The notes under the pieces were generated by a model, which did not search any database, had not been told where the DNA came from, and was given only the letters and a program-made list of their open reading frames with translations. A stretch of 58,465 nt of DNA, counting the filler, from Basidioascus undulatus (lineage: Eukaryota), in the NCBI GenBank assembly GCA_000826855.1. It is 7 parts of 7 records of this genome, joined end to end, with 100 filler letters (N's around TTAATTAATTAA, not from the genome) between each part and the next. Parts side by side here need not be neighbours in the genome. Positions count along the whole stretch, not along the records: positions 1 to 8,302 come from JTLS01001411.1; positions 8,403 to 16,685 come from JTLS01001412.1; 5 more parts are not named here. One strand, 5' to 3'. This document shows, piece by piece, positions 1 through 10,971 of the stretch. The translations under genes and the position numbers were made by a program. Within the stretch, counting starts at the first letter, position 1, and each line of letters opens with the position of its first letter.

Positions 1-87
1 AATGTATCCGACCCATGTGTCCGGGAATACTCATTCACTCCACATCACCACCCCCTCCGCTGACCCCCCGCCCCGCCCACCTGCTAG

Positions 88-393
88 GGCGTGAAGCTGC
101 TGAAAGCGAACCATGAGCATCTCTCCCCGCTCTACGTTTTTCTCTCCCCTCCCTCGTTCTCCGAGCTGCGCACGCGCCTCACCGGCCGGGGCACCGAGAC
201 GGCCGAGTCCGTCGCGGCGCGCCTCGCTGCGGCACAGGAGGAGATGGCGTACGCGCGCACGGGCTCATTCGACGTCACCATCGTGAACGACGATGTCGAG
301 CGCGCGTACGCCAAGCTCCGCGGACTGGCCCTCGGGGAGAAGGTCGAGGGCGACAAGCTGCCCGAGGAGGAGGCGCAGCCTTCCGCGGTCTAG
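88..393 (+). CDS. GUK1: Guanylate kinase, last exon (5' part outside window)
   Basis: GVKLLK..YVFLSPPSFSELRTRLTGRGTET..RLAAAQEEMAY..FDVTIVNDDVERAY matches the guanylate kinase LID/C-terminus; preceded by branch GCTGAC (59-64) and acceptor TAG (85-87). Confidence 0.9.
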   Translation, partial: GVKLLKANHEHLSPLYVFLSPPSFSELRTRLTGRGTETAESVAARLAAAQEEMAYARTGSFDVTIVNDDVERAYAKLRGLALGEKVEGDKLPEEEAQPSAV

Positions 394-979
394 GCTGGGT
401 CGGAGGGAGTCGGGCGCGTTGGGGTTGATGATGTGCGGAGCGGATGGCTTTTGCTCTTTTTCTTTTTATTCTGGGGCCGCAACTGGGGCTGGGGCGGTCC
501 TTCGTGGGAGGTGGGTTCTGGCATCACTGGTCGGGTCACGATGCGCGAGAGTGCTCCTCAGGCTGTGGGTGGGGAGATTGGTTTGTGAGCCTAGATGGTA
601 GCTTGTGAGAGAATGGAGGTGGCTTGAGACAGGGGAACATGCGGTGATTCGAGAAGGATGAGTGGTTCGGAGCAGAAGCACAACCATTTCATCGCAAGTC
701 ATCATCCACGCAGTTTCTCCATCGCGGCTCCGCGGGACCGTGACAGGGTATATTCCTCTCAGTACCTGATACTGTGATGCGTGAACATTTTCCTGCTCTT
801 AGATACCTATTTGGATAGACCTTCGGTCATCCGCGTGCTACACCGATGCGAATTTTTTGAACACTACTGGCTCATGGCAGGCTTTGTTTCTTGGCTAGGG
901 GAACCGGCTAAAAACAAGAACTTAAGGAATGACTAAAGAGCGATCCTCGGTCAGAACACTTCAGTAAAGAAGGAATGGC

Positions 980-1487
980 TTAGATACTGGAGTATGTCTG
1001 CTGGGTTGGGCAATCGTAACCGTGGCTTCGTTCCACCGGGTTTGAGTCACCTTGATCACAACGGGCAGGCCACCAAAGTTCTGGGGACGTAGGACCTAAG
1101 TAAAAGTACTTCTTCAAAACGTTTAGCAGGGCTACCCATTCCATAGCAGTGGGATGGCGGGCCCCATGAAGATAACCGTCGAACTTTTGAACGCCGGTGT
1201 TCAACGGACCGTTTAGCTTCAAGGATGAGTAAGACCTTCTAGATGTATACAGGACGGATTACTTTGCTAATTCTTTCTCTGACTATTTGACCAACATAGT
1301 GTCCCGTCGCCTTCGCATGTCCAGCTGGGCAAGCAGCACTTCGATTGCCTTGATACCTCTCCCTCAAAGACCCCGTTCCTGTTGGTCCATCGGAGTAACC
1401 AATATTGAAAATCCAGTTTCTCAAGCGTCGTGTCGGTCATCCGGCACGCTGCGACCAGTGGAAGACCGGGGTCGTGGTATCCTCTGA
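980..1487 (-). pseudogene. Spliced relic of an unidentified gene
   Basis: A GTAATC...TTGAAG intron joins ORF 1239..1424 in frame to ORF 980..1222, but protein-like sequence upstream switches frames and contains stops; lower GC than neighbours; no recognised family. Confidence 0.3.
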
Positions 1488-1924
1488 AATCCGTGATACA
1501 AGGATGAAAACCCGTTTAAAACGGTATGTAGTGCTCACAGCGTGTCATTTTCAGCAATTCTCATAGAGAAAGGATGATCCAGGCTAAAGGTAAATTTAAC
1601 GACGTGGGGGCGGAGGAAAGCTTTACTTGTTCAGTGTTTACCGGTACCAACGGCATACATGCGAGCAGATCCGTCCTGCGCCTGTCCCAAAACGTCTATC
1701 ATCATACGGGCAGCTTGTTCATCCAAAAGTAGCGCAGGTGGTATCGTACTGAAATGCAAGGCAGTGTCAAGAGGTGTTGCAGAAGGGAGAAACCGTCGTA
1801 GGCTCCGTCAAACCGGGAGACTCAAAAGCGAGAAGTGCTACAAGAAATCAAATGAAGGAAAGTCGAGATGGAGAGAAGGTAGAAAGGAACTGAAAAGGAC
1901 TGAAGGACAGAAGGCTCAAGGTAT

Positions 1925-2472
1925 TCAGCGCTGCTGATAGCCGAACTGGGGCTGGAAGCCCGTCGGCTGAGGCTGCATCTGCTGGAAGAAGCCCGTCGGC
2001 TGGGGTTGCAGGCCCTGGCCGAAGTCTGGCACAACACGTCCCGTCAGTCAGTTACGAAGTGCACGGGAAGGGGATCGAGCGTCGACTCACTCATCCCCAT
2101 TGGCATCCCCGTCGGCTGCGGCCGGAGCGCGTCATACTTGTCGGCGGACTGGGGCACGCCGTTCTGCCCGGAGCCGCTCCCGCCCGCGAACTGGCCCGAG
2201 CGCATCTGCGCGAAGATGTTGGACGGCTGGAAGTTAGGCGCGGAAGATTGCGCGGGGGGCTGCGGGGCGGGCGACGGCTGCTGCGCGAACAGGCCGGACG
2301 GGTTGGACTGGAAGCCGGAGCCGAAGGCTGAGCGGCGCCAGAAGGCGAAACGATGATCAGTAAGCGAAGAGGGAAGAAAAGCCAAGGAGAGAAAGACGAA
2401 CATGCTTGCTGGCCCGGCTGCGGCTGGATCTGCGGCGACTGCTGCCACCCCGTGACCTGGGGCTGCAGCGCG

Positions 2473-2508
<36 letters not shown>

Positions 2509-5500
2509 GGTTGCCATCCCGTCGCCTGGGGCTGCATACCCTGCTGAGGCTGCCAGCCGGTCGCCTGGGGTTGCAGCCCCTGCTGCTGCTGGTGGGGCTG
2601 CCAGCCAGTCGCCTGAGGCTGAAGCCCTGCGCCGCCCGCGCCGAACCCGCTCCCGCCCGTGCGCGTAGGCATGAAGGGGTGGATGCCCGTGTTGGTGGGG
2701 ACGAGGGGCTGGAGGAGGGCCTGGTTGGCGGGGACGGGCGCGAGGGGCCCGCGCGGGGCGTTGGGGTTGTGCATCGCGGGCGCACCCGTCGGCTGCGCCT
2801 GCAGCGCGCTGAGCGACATCGGCGAGCTGCCCATACCCAAGCCGGCGTGGTAGCTCTGCGGGGGCGGGGAGGCCATGGGCGAGGCTATGGGCGTCGTGCC
2901 CGTGCTCATCGCGCCCGTGGACACGCTCGTCTGCACCGGCGCGGACGGGGGGCGGTGCTGGTTGATCTTGGCGAGAATCGCGTCGTACGAGCCGCCCGTC
3001 GGGTTGCTCAGCGCCGGCGAGCCCGTCGCGGGCCGTTGCTGCGTGAGGTCGAACGAACCGGTCGACTGCGGTGCGCGCGGCTGAGGCGCAGCGGGCGAGG
3101 TGGGCTTGTTGTCCTTGACGGTCCATGCCTGCAAAGACGAGGGGGAACAAGGCCAAGCTCAGCGAGCCATCTAAAGCGCCAGTCGGTCTGTATTATTCAC
3201 ATCGTCGTCAAACCCACTGGCGAGCGGAATAGTAGAGCTGGAGCGCTTTGACGGAAGCTGCACAATGGGCGCGGCAGGTGCGGGGGACACGGCAGGCGGT
3301 GCGGGCGCCGCAGCAGGCGGGGGCGGGGAGGTCGGCGCAGGCGGCGGGGAAGTGACGACGGGGGGTGTGGCCGTGCGGGTGAGCTGCTCCGAAGCAGTGG
3401 AGATTGACGCGGCATCGATCGCCGAGGGCGCAGTCGTCTTCGTCTGCGGGCGTCCGCGGCGGGACGCCTTGAGCGCGCCGCCGGGGCCCGCAACGAAGAG
3501 GTTCGGCGCGGGGCTCGTCACGCGCTCGTCCGCCCCGCCCGCCTGCAGCTTGCGCGCGAACTCCTCGTCCTTCCTGATCTGCTCCTGGCGCGCGGCCTCG
3601 GCAGCGTCCGGCGTGGGCGTCCCCGCGCCGGCGGAGCCGGAGCCGCTGCCCGTCCGCGCCGCAATGGCCTTCTTGACGCGGATGATGTCGCCCTCACGGA
3701 GGCCGAGGGTGCGCATGGTGGCCGGCTCGATGTCGGCGAGGATGGACTCGTCCATCTTGTCGCGCTCGAACGCGCTCGCGTACCGTGTGCAGTCGTCCAC
3801 GTCGCACCCGGCGTTGAGGAAGAACTCGAACCAGTCGAAGCGGTTGCGCGGGGCGCTCGCCGTCCGCACGCGCGTCTCCGTCAACGGGAGCTGCGTCTGC
3901 AACTGCCGCATCGACCGCCGCTTCTCCTGCAGCCGCCCGAGCGGGACGTCGTCCTCGTCGTGGCCCGCTGATGCCGACGACGCGCTGACCTTGTCGATGT
4001 ACGCCAGGTCCACAGTAGACATCTTCTCCTTGGGCACCTCGATCGTCACGCCATTGAGCTTGTGCAGGCGGATCTTGCCGTTCGTCACGCCGAGGAACTC
4101 GGCCTCGACCTTGAACTGCCCCGTCTTGTCGTGCCAAATCCGCGTCTTCTCCGGGTTCGGACCTGCGGACCGATTCGCTCATGCGATTCAGTTCTCAATC
4201 AAAAGCGGTCGAGGAGAGGAGAGGAAAGGCACGCACGCGCACGAGACCCGCCCGACGGGGACGGGCGGTCAGGCAGGCTCCGGTCCTTCGGTTGCAGCTT
4301 GCGCGCCTTGTCCATGTTGTTGTCCGACGGCTTGCGCTGGATCGGCGGCGTCGGCGCGGGCTGCGCCTTCCTCGCCTCCTCGGCCGCTCGACTGCCGGTA
4401 TCCCAACATCCCATCATCTCAACTATTAGTCAGCCTCTCGTTCCCTTCACTCCGTAACCTGCTTCCGCCATTCCGGATGAACACGCCAACGCACCGCTTC
4501 GCGGCCTCCTCCGCCCGCCGCTTCGCCTGCTCAGCCTGCATCTTCTCCTGCCGCTCGCGCTCCTCGCGCTCCCGCCGCTCCGCCTCGGCCGCAGCGATGC
4601 GCCCCTGCTCCTTCTGTCGGGCAGCCTCCTCCGCGGCAGCAGCGGCGGCAGCGTCCTCGTGTGCCGTGTCTGCATCGGCGACGGTGGCCGAGTTGAGCTA
4701 TGCAAACCGACCACCGTCAGCCACCCCTCGCGTTGGTGGCACAATGTGGGGACGTAGAACGCACCTCAACATACGAGCCGGGAACAACGCCGGTCTTGCC
4801 CGTGCGGGGCGAGTGGCATTTCCACCACTCCTCCGAGGCGACGCGGTCGAGGACGAGGAGCGCGTCGCCCTCTGCAACGCTCAGCTCGTCGTCCGCCTCC
4901 GCCTCAAAGTCATACAGCGCGACCGCGGGCTCGCCCTCCGCCAGCTTCGTAGCTTCCTCCTCCTCCTCCTCCTCGCTCTCATCGGCCGTAGTAGGCGACG
5001 TCGGCGAAGGTGCGAAATGCACGCCTTTCTGCGTCCGGACGGGGGGGGGCTCGATGGAGAGGTCCTTCATGGACGAGGGGAGGCCGGATGACGGCGAGGA
5101 CGCAGCGGACGAGGGAGCGGCAGCTTCGTCCGCGATGGAACGGGAGGAGTCGATCTTGGTCACGATCTCGTCCAGCGTCGAGCTGTTCCCCGTGTGGAAG
5201 TGCAGCGTCGCGGCGTTCGCGCCCGAGAGGATCAGGTGCAGGTGCTTCCCCCGCTCGGTGGACACTTCGGAGACGTCCGTGATGGGCCATTGTCGGACAG
5301 GGGCCTGGGCGGGAGTTGAGCATGGGGGAGGGGGAGAGGAGCGGAGGAGGGAAGACGGTACCTTGTCGGCCTCACTCGCGAAGAAGATAGCCCCGTTCCC
5401 GACACCCAAAGTGCCCTTCTTCTTCTTCTTCTTCGCGTCCACCTCCTGCAACCACAAGTTAGCACACACGCTCTTCCTCTCCTTACTCTGTCCCGCTGTG

Positions 5501-6076
5501 ACCGCCACGCACCGAGACAGTCCACGTCTTGATGTCGTCCGCCTTGGCGCGGTCCTTCGCGCCTGCTGCCATCTCGTCGGGGGAGACATACTCGGGCTGG
5601 GCGGCCTGGTCGCAGCGAGGGAGAGGGATGTGAGTGTGTGAGAAGGACGGCGGAGCGGAGTGGCGTACGGGTATCGCAGCGAAGACGGCGTTAGGCTGCG
5701 CGGCAGCTTCCGCTTCTTGCTCCTCCTCCACCGGGCCCTATATCAAGCCGGGGGAGAGCAAACCACATGAGTCTCCACCGCCAGACGCCAGACCCGGAGC
5801 CTGAGATCAATGAGGAGAACGCACAGTGTAGTTCTCTGGGACGTATCCGAGTCCGCCGTCCTTGTCCGTGCTCCGCTGCGCAAGGAACCACTCGCCGTCG
5901 GTCTCAAAGATGAGGAGCGTGTCGTCCTCTGTCCCATTCCCACCCATGTCCCGCATCAGCCCCCGTCTTCCTTCCCGCGCCGAGAGGGAAGCCCGAGACG
6001 CACCCTTGACGGTCAGCTCCTCCTCGGTCGTAGCGGTGTAGTCAAAGAGCGCCTTCACAATGGATACTGGCTCGGA
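1925..6076 (-). CDS. SLA1: Actin cytoskeleton/endocytic adaptor Sla1 (multi-exon)
   Basis: SH3 domains (VKALFDYTATTEEELTVK..GYVPENY; AVALYDFEAEADDELSV..WWK..GVVPGSYVE), SHD1 (RIWHDKTGQFKVEAEFLGVTNGKIRLHKLNGVTIEVP), SHD2/SAM-like (FDWFEFFLNAG..LGLREGDIIRV), C-terminal LQPQATG/QPTG repeats; stop TGA at 1925-1927. Confidence 0.93.
2475..2507 (-). repeat. (CAG)11 polyglutamine microsatellite within SLA1
   Basis: CTG x11 on the + strand; reads Q11 in the SLA1 repeat region. Confidence 0.9.
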
Positions 6077-6425
6077 CTGGGGGTCTCGCGGCGTGAGCAG
6101 AGGATATCCAGGGGGGGGAGAGCGGGGAGAGTGGGAGGGAAGAGGGAGGAGAGTGAGAACATGGTGCGGGTTGGGAGAGAAGACGACAGGGAACGCAAGG
6201 AAGACAAGAGAGAAGGCAGACGTGATAGTAGCGATAGTAGCTGATTACGTACGCCTCGGAAGATAAGCGAGCGCCGAGCGCAGATCGCCGGCCCCGTCGC
6301 CTTGGCCGCTCATCCTCCTCGCCGTTCAGTCACCGCTGATAGCCTACAATCACACGCATACATCCGCACATATCGACATACTTTCTGTTTTCAACACTCA
6401 AGTCCCTGGATCGGACGGAACAGCC

Positions 6426-7077
6426 ATGCCCACCGGTGTCGTCCGTCTGCCCATCCCTCAACAGGTAGAGGACGTGCTTACCCCTCAAGGAGCCGCACAG
6501 GTATGGCTCGTAGGCCGCGTGTCGGCCATCGACGAGGAGGAGGGCGGATCAAAGAGCATCACTATCACGCCTGACGGCGCTGCAAACGGCCGGGGAGACT
6601 TCAGAGAGGGGGGCGAGGTGTTGGTCAATGGTCCGTCCCCCGCTCCCCTCCCTCCTCACGCACGCGCTGAGATCGCGGGGGAAAGGTGTACCCTTGAGGG
6701 TTCAGGTTGTTACGAGCGAGGGCTTCAAGGCGGTCGTGGACGCTGATCTGAGGGAGCGGACGAATCTGGGAGAGCTGCGAGTGGGGGGTGAGGTGAATGT
6801 CGGGCGGACATCGAAGGAAAGGCGGCTCAGGTGCGCTTTGTCTTCTCTTCCATTTTTGGAACTCGAACTGAAAGTATGTGATGGATGGGAAGCAGGGCAA
6901 CATTGACTTCACCGCACCCCTCGTCTCCGTCTCATCCGACCCAACACGCCTCACCTTCTCCCTCGCCCCCTCTTCCCCCCCGCTCCCGACACACCTTACC
7001 CTCGACGGGCACCTCCTTCCCATCACCCTCTCCCCATCCACCATCTCCATCTCCCTCCCCCCGTCCCCGCCCTCCGG
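6426..7077 (+). pseudogene. Degenerate riboflavin synthase (RIB5/RibC alpha-chain)-like gene
   Basis: Spliced product MPTGV|VWLVGRVSAI..GGEVLVNG|VPLRV..LRERTNLGELRVGGEVNV..QGNID..LTLDGHLLPIT aligns with the family pattern MFTGIV..GDSIAVNGxCLTV..LRRTNLGELKVGxxVNLE..QGHVD..IALDGxSLTV. Key residues are changed, splice phase at intron 3 does not match, and the C-terminus is lost. Confidence 0.7.
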
Positions 7078-8110
7078 CTACTCGTGGAGTACCTTGGGGG
7101 CGGGGTCTCGGGACAGAGGTTTGGGTATCTTCAGCGACAGGGATCGTCCTCTCCCAGGTGCGTTCCTGTGTCTTGTATCGCTCGTGTCAATCCGCGCAAA
7201 ACGTTCAAATTGTGGTTTGCAGGAACTCGGCGTGCACCGCCGCAATCCCGCTCTATGGCCGGACTCCATCGAGAACGAGTTGCGGAAGCGTGCTTTCTAG
7301 TATGTACATCTCTTTCCTCTATATGTGTCTACGAGTTCTCAAGATTTGCACAGGGTCCTGTATATTCTCGACCGCCACGCTGGTGCAGCATTTGGTCGAC
7401 CTTGCACTGTGCGTGATGAGGAGTACGTGTTGCACTTTATTCTGTTTAACCTTAAGATCTTGAAGACATTTATTTCCCTTGCAGCTTCGACATCGACATT
7501 CTGAGTCCACTGCCTGACGAGGTCGGAACGCCGGCCGAGACCTCTGTCCTCTTTGCAAACTGCGTGATTCGACTTCACGGCATCTTGCAGGCTGAAAACA
7601 GTCGTGCGTAGAGGGCTGCTATATCTGACCACAGCTATCCGTTTTTGAAAGCACCAGCGTAAATGCAGTATCCACTGAAGAAGAACGGCGTCAACAACGC
7701 GGAAAAACAAATCAAGGACGCCGCCACCTTAGACTCGAAGCTGAACCGCTGGCTTGAGAGCGTTCCGGAATCCCTATTTGCTTTAGCATTTGCTTCCCCC
7801 TTCAACAATCGTGCTGATCTGAAATACACATGCAGTGAAATGGGATCGTAAGCCATGCCATACTGAGCAGCAGGGTTCTCAACTGACTTGGACGCTGATC
7901 GCGGGTTGGAAAAGCTCATCGGAAAGGCCCAATAGCATTTGCGCAGATGTGCTCCTTGCAGGCGGGGTACTACAACGTGCAGGTACATCCATGCGCTCTG
8001 GTTACACAACAAGAGAATTGCCTCGATGCAACCTTGCGTTACAGATCTACATTCATCGCGCCTTCATCCCCACTCCGCGCCGACCGATCCAGGATCCAAT
8101 TCCTACCTCC
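7078..8110 (+). pseudogene. Zn(II)2Cys6-type fungal transcription factor, middle (Fungal_trans) region, disrupted
   Basis: Spliced motifs VWVSSATGIVLSQ|ELGVHRR..ENELRKRAF*VLYILDRHAGAAFGRPCTVRDE|DFDID..LDSKLNRWLESVPE..YYNVQ|IYIHRAFIP. The conserved Trp is a stop (TA|G, 7298-7299 + 7354); frameshifts near 7100 and 7590; no N-terminal zinc cluster. Confidence 0.8.
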
Positions 8111-8302
8111 CTAACCTTCAATATGGGTGTCACCAAGCCGACACCCTGCAGCCGAACGCCCAACGCGTCCTCCGCCTTCTCCTGCATCCACCAGCACCCC
8201 ACCACCACTGCACTCCGAACCCAGCTCGCTTCAGAATCAATCCAAAGGTATCGCATCAGCACCCCTACCACCCTCCCCCCCTCCCCCTCGCCTTCCTCCA
8301 CG

Positions 8303-8402
8303 NNNNNNNNNNNNNNNNNNNNNNNNNNNNNNNNNNNNNNNNNNNNTTAATTAATTAANNNNNNNNNNNNNNNNNNNNNNNNNNNNNNNNNNNNNNNNNN
8401 NN
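8303..8402. other. Artificial contig spacer
   Basis: N44-TTAATTAATTAA-N44, giving stops in all six frames. Confidence 0.99.
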
Positions 8403-8765
8403 CGCTCCTCCTCGCCCTCCTCCCCGCCCCACTCGCACACGCACTCCCCCTCATCCTACACGCCGTCTCCGCCGACTTCAACAACCCCGCCCCTGCCCCC
8501 GAAAACACGCCGCTTCATCTCGAAGACCATCCCCGCAGTGCCGCTCGCGCTCGACGCGCGCCTCGAGTGGACCCGCCGCGGCCTCATGCGCGCGTGGGAG
8601 GCCGCGTGCGAGCCCCTCTACAAGTGCCGCTGCCGGATCTGCGAGCGCGCCGAGCGCGCGTGGGAGGCCGGCGTCAAGCGATACCTCGACGAGGAGCGCG
8701 CGGAGGCGTGTGGCGCCAGGGGAGCGGACGGCGAGGGCGGGAAGAGGGCACGGGTCGGGGATTGA
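8403..8765 (+). CDS. C-terminal end of a conserved basidiomycete hypothetical protein (partial)
   Basis: IPAVP..LMRAWEAACEPLYKCRCRICERA resembles a W-x2-AC-x-PLY-x-C-x-C-x2-CERA motif I recall from basidiomycete hypothetical proteins; GC-rich codons; stop at 8763-8765. Confidence 0.6.
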   Translation, partial: RSSSPSSPPHSHTHSPSSYTPSPPTSTTPPLPPKTRRFISKTIPAVPLALDARLEWTRRGLMRAWEAACEPLYKCRCRICERAERAWEAGVKRYLDEERAEACGARGADGEGGKRARVGD

Positions 8766-10971
8766 GCGGGACGGGCGTATGGACGTCGAGCGAGGCGTTG
8801 ATGCCTTTTGATGTTTCTTTCTTCCCATTTCTCGTTGTTACTCTTCTTTGGGTGGTTCACTTGCCGTCGCTGTTCTCTTTCGTTCCGTTTTTTTTCTTTG
8901 CATCGCCGCTCCAACTTACATGCTTGTCCACGCACATCATCTTCAATCTGTTACATCTTCACTCTGTCTACGCTTCATACTGCGCACGCACGCCCGCTCG
9001 AACAACAGCACTTTATGCACGGTTGTGCATGCCGCTTGACGTGACTGGACCGGTTTAGGTGTGGCTCGGCCGTGGTGCTTGCCTGCGAACTGCCTCGTCT
9101 AGCTTGCGGCGCACGCTGCCATCTTGATGGGATGTCGGTCTATCTCCCATTTGCTCTTGGGACTCAGGTCTTCAGGAGAAAAATAAAAACAATCTTGCCA
9201 TTGTCTGCGGATCAGGGGAGGCGGAGTCCCCTTGTCGCACGACCTCTACCCTGCGCCGCCAATAGCCGCCTCTTCCGCCATTGTTTGTTGCCCTCTTAGG
9301 AAGAAGCGTCTTTGCTCCCAAAAACCATGTTCCGCAGGACATCGCCATGCCAAGCGTATGTTGTTCAAAGGCCCATTGGCTTTGGGAGGCGGCAGGGGAT
9401 GTGTGTACCGCTGCGAAGTGATAGCCACCCCATCCGCTTGATACTACTTCTCTCGCATGCTCTCCTCTCCCTCCCTCTTTCGCATTTTTAATCTCTATAG
9501 CTTTTTTAGTACTTATCACTCTAATTATCATCAGTAATTCATTACTACCCACCCACGCTCCTTTACACCTAATCTCACCGACAACGCTAATCTCGCCGAC
9601 GACCGCCTCTCGCCGACAACTGGACGATGGTAAGTTTTTGTTCTTCGGCTCGCCCAGCTTACCTTCACATAACAAAATACTGGCACTGCTTAAGATTTCA
9701 GATGAGGATTGGGCGGCACGTTCCCCCTGGCACTCTGGCTACCACGGCCACCATGACTACATTCCCCCTTCCCCCCAAACCAAAAAAGGGGTATGAACTA
9801 TCTTGTCTTTGGCTTCACTATCATCTGGTGCTAATATTGATCTCCCCTGTGCGAAATTCACAGGACACTCCCATCATCCTGAGCAGAGCCACGCACGGCT
9901 CTGGCAGCGACTTTAAACACCACGGCAAGTTATCTGACTTGAGCATTGATTCTGGTCATTCTCTGACATGCCGTCCTTGTTCTTTCAGGGCGACAACCGC
10001 CCCATCCCTAAGCCTCAACACACCCGGTAGATTCCATTTCTGATCCGATCAAGGGTGTACGCACCCTGCTCTGTTTCCATCTGACGAGACCGCCAGCTCA
10101 CCTGTTTCGAAAGCAGTCCTTTCATTCTCTTTGTTTATTTTCTTCTTTTGCTTTTCGTGCTTGTAGGCTTCGATATTAGCCTCATGCGTTTTCCGTACCT
10201 TAATGTTTCCTATCTACCTTGGCTTAGCCTCCAGCTGTTCAGCAGCGTCATACATGCCCATTCATTTTCTTTCAGCCACGTTCCACAAGCCGCTTGCACG
10301 CCAGAAACCTGCAATGCTCCGCTCGCCTTCTACAATCTACTTGCGCCGTGTTTGAACTGTTTGGAGTTAAGGTCCCCTGAGTCATTTCGAGCCGGTCACC
10401 ACGTTGTGTACGCGTGCGGCCTTGTACGCCTTATTGCTTAACTTGTTAAATTCAGCAATTGCCGAATCACAGATATTTGCGCTGTCCGTTGACGAGACCG
10501 TTGGCTGATTCTTGTCCAGACCTAAACGCCGATACGGAGCGGTCTTCACCGGTCGAGGCGTATTCAAAATTGATCGCGCCCGTGTTTTGAACGACTTCAA
10601 GAGCTCCCTCAGCGAAGTTCCAACGTGCTTCCATGGCCTCAGGCGCCGGTTACTTGAGGCCGCCAGAAATTGTCCAACGATGAAGTATGAGCACCTCCGC
10701 AGCGTAACTCGTTGACGTCCTGCACGCTATTGGATGCCATGCCACACGGACACGAGGTGAGGCATCAATGGAGTCAAAGGGTATGCGTAAGGAGTACAAC
10801 AAGAGGGAATGCGATTGACAACCAAGAAATGAGCCGGAAACGAACAGAACAGAAAGAAAAGTGCAAAAAGAACCGAAAGAACACGGCCTAAGAAGAAGCA
10901 GCCTCTGTCCAAGTGCGTGGAAGAGAACCCAAAAGTACAGAACACCGAAAGACATTGCAAGAAACAGGGTA

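Noticed and set aside
3265..5091. Long ORFs such as 608 aa (3265..5091), 406 aa (12910..14130) and 506 aa (14235..15755)
   Set aside because: Antisense or alternative-frame shadows of GC-rich real genes (SLA1, RhoGAP), with Arg/Ala/Ser-rich composition and no motifs.
7298..7354. TAG at a conserved Trp as a target of restorative A-to-I editing, or a recoded stop
   Set aside because: The same gene has frameshifts and is truncated. Pseudogenes here contain TAG, TGA and TAA stops alike, and intact genes end in all three codons.
8347..8358. Recurring TTAATTAATTAA palindrome every 8.3 kb or so
   Set aside because: Artificial six-frame stop linker embedded in N runs.
9500..10720. Intron-like signals and short ORFs downstream of the RhoGAP
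   Set aside because: Could not be assembled into a credible protein.
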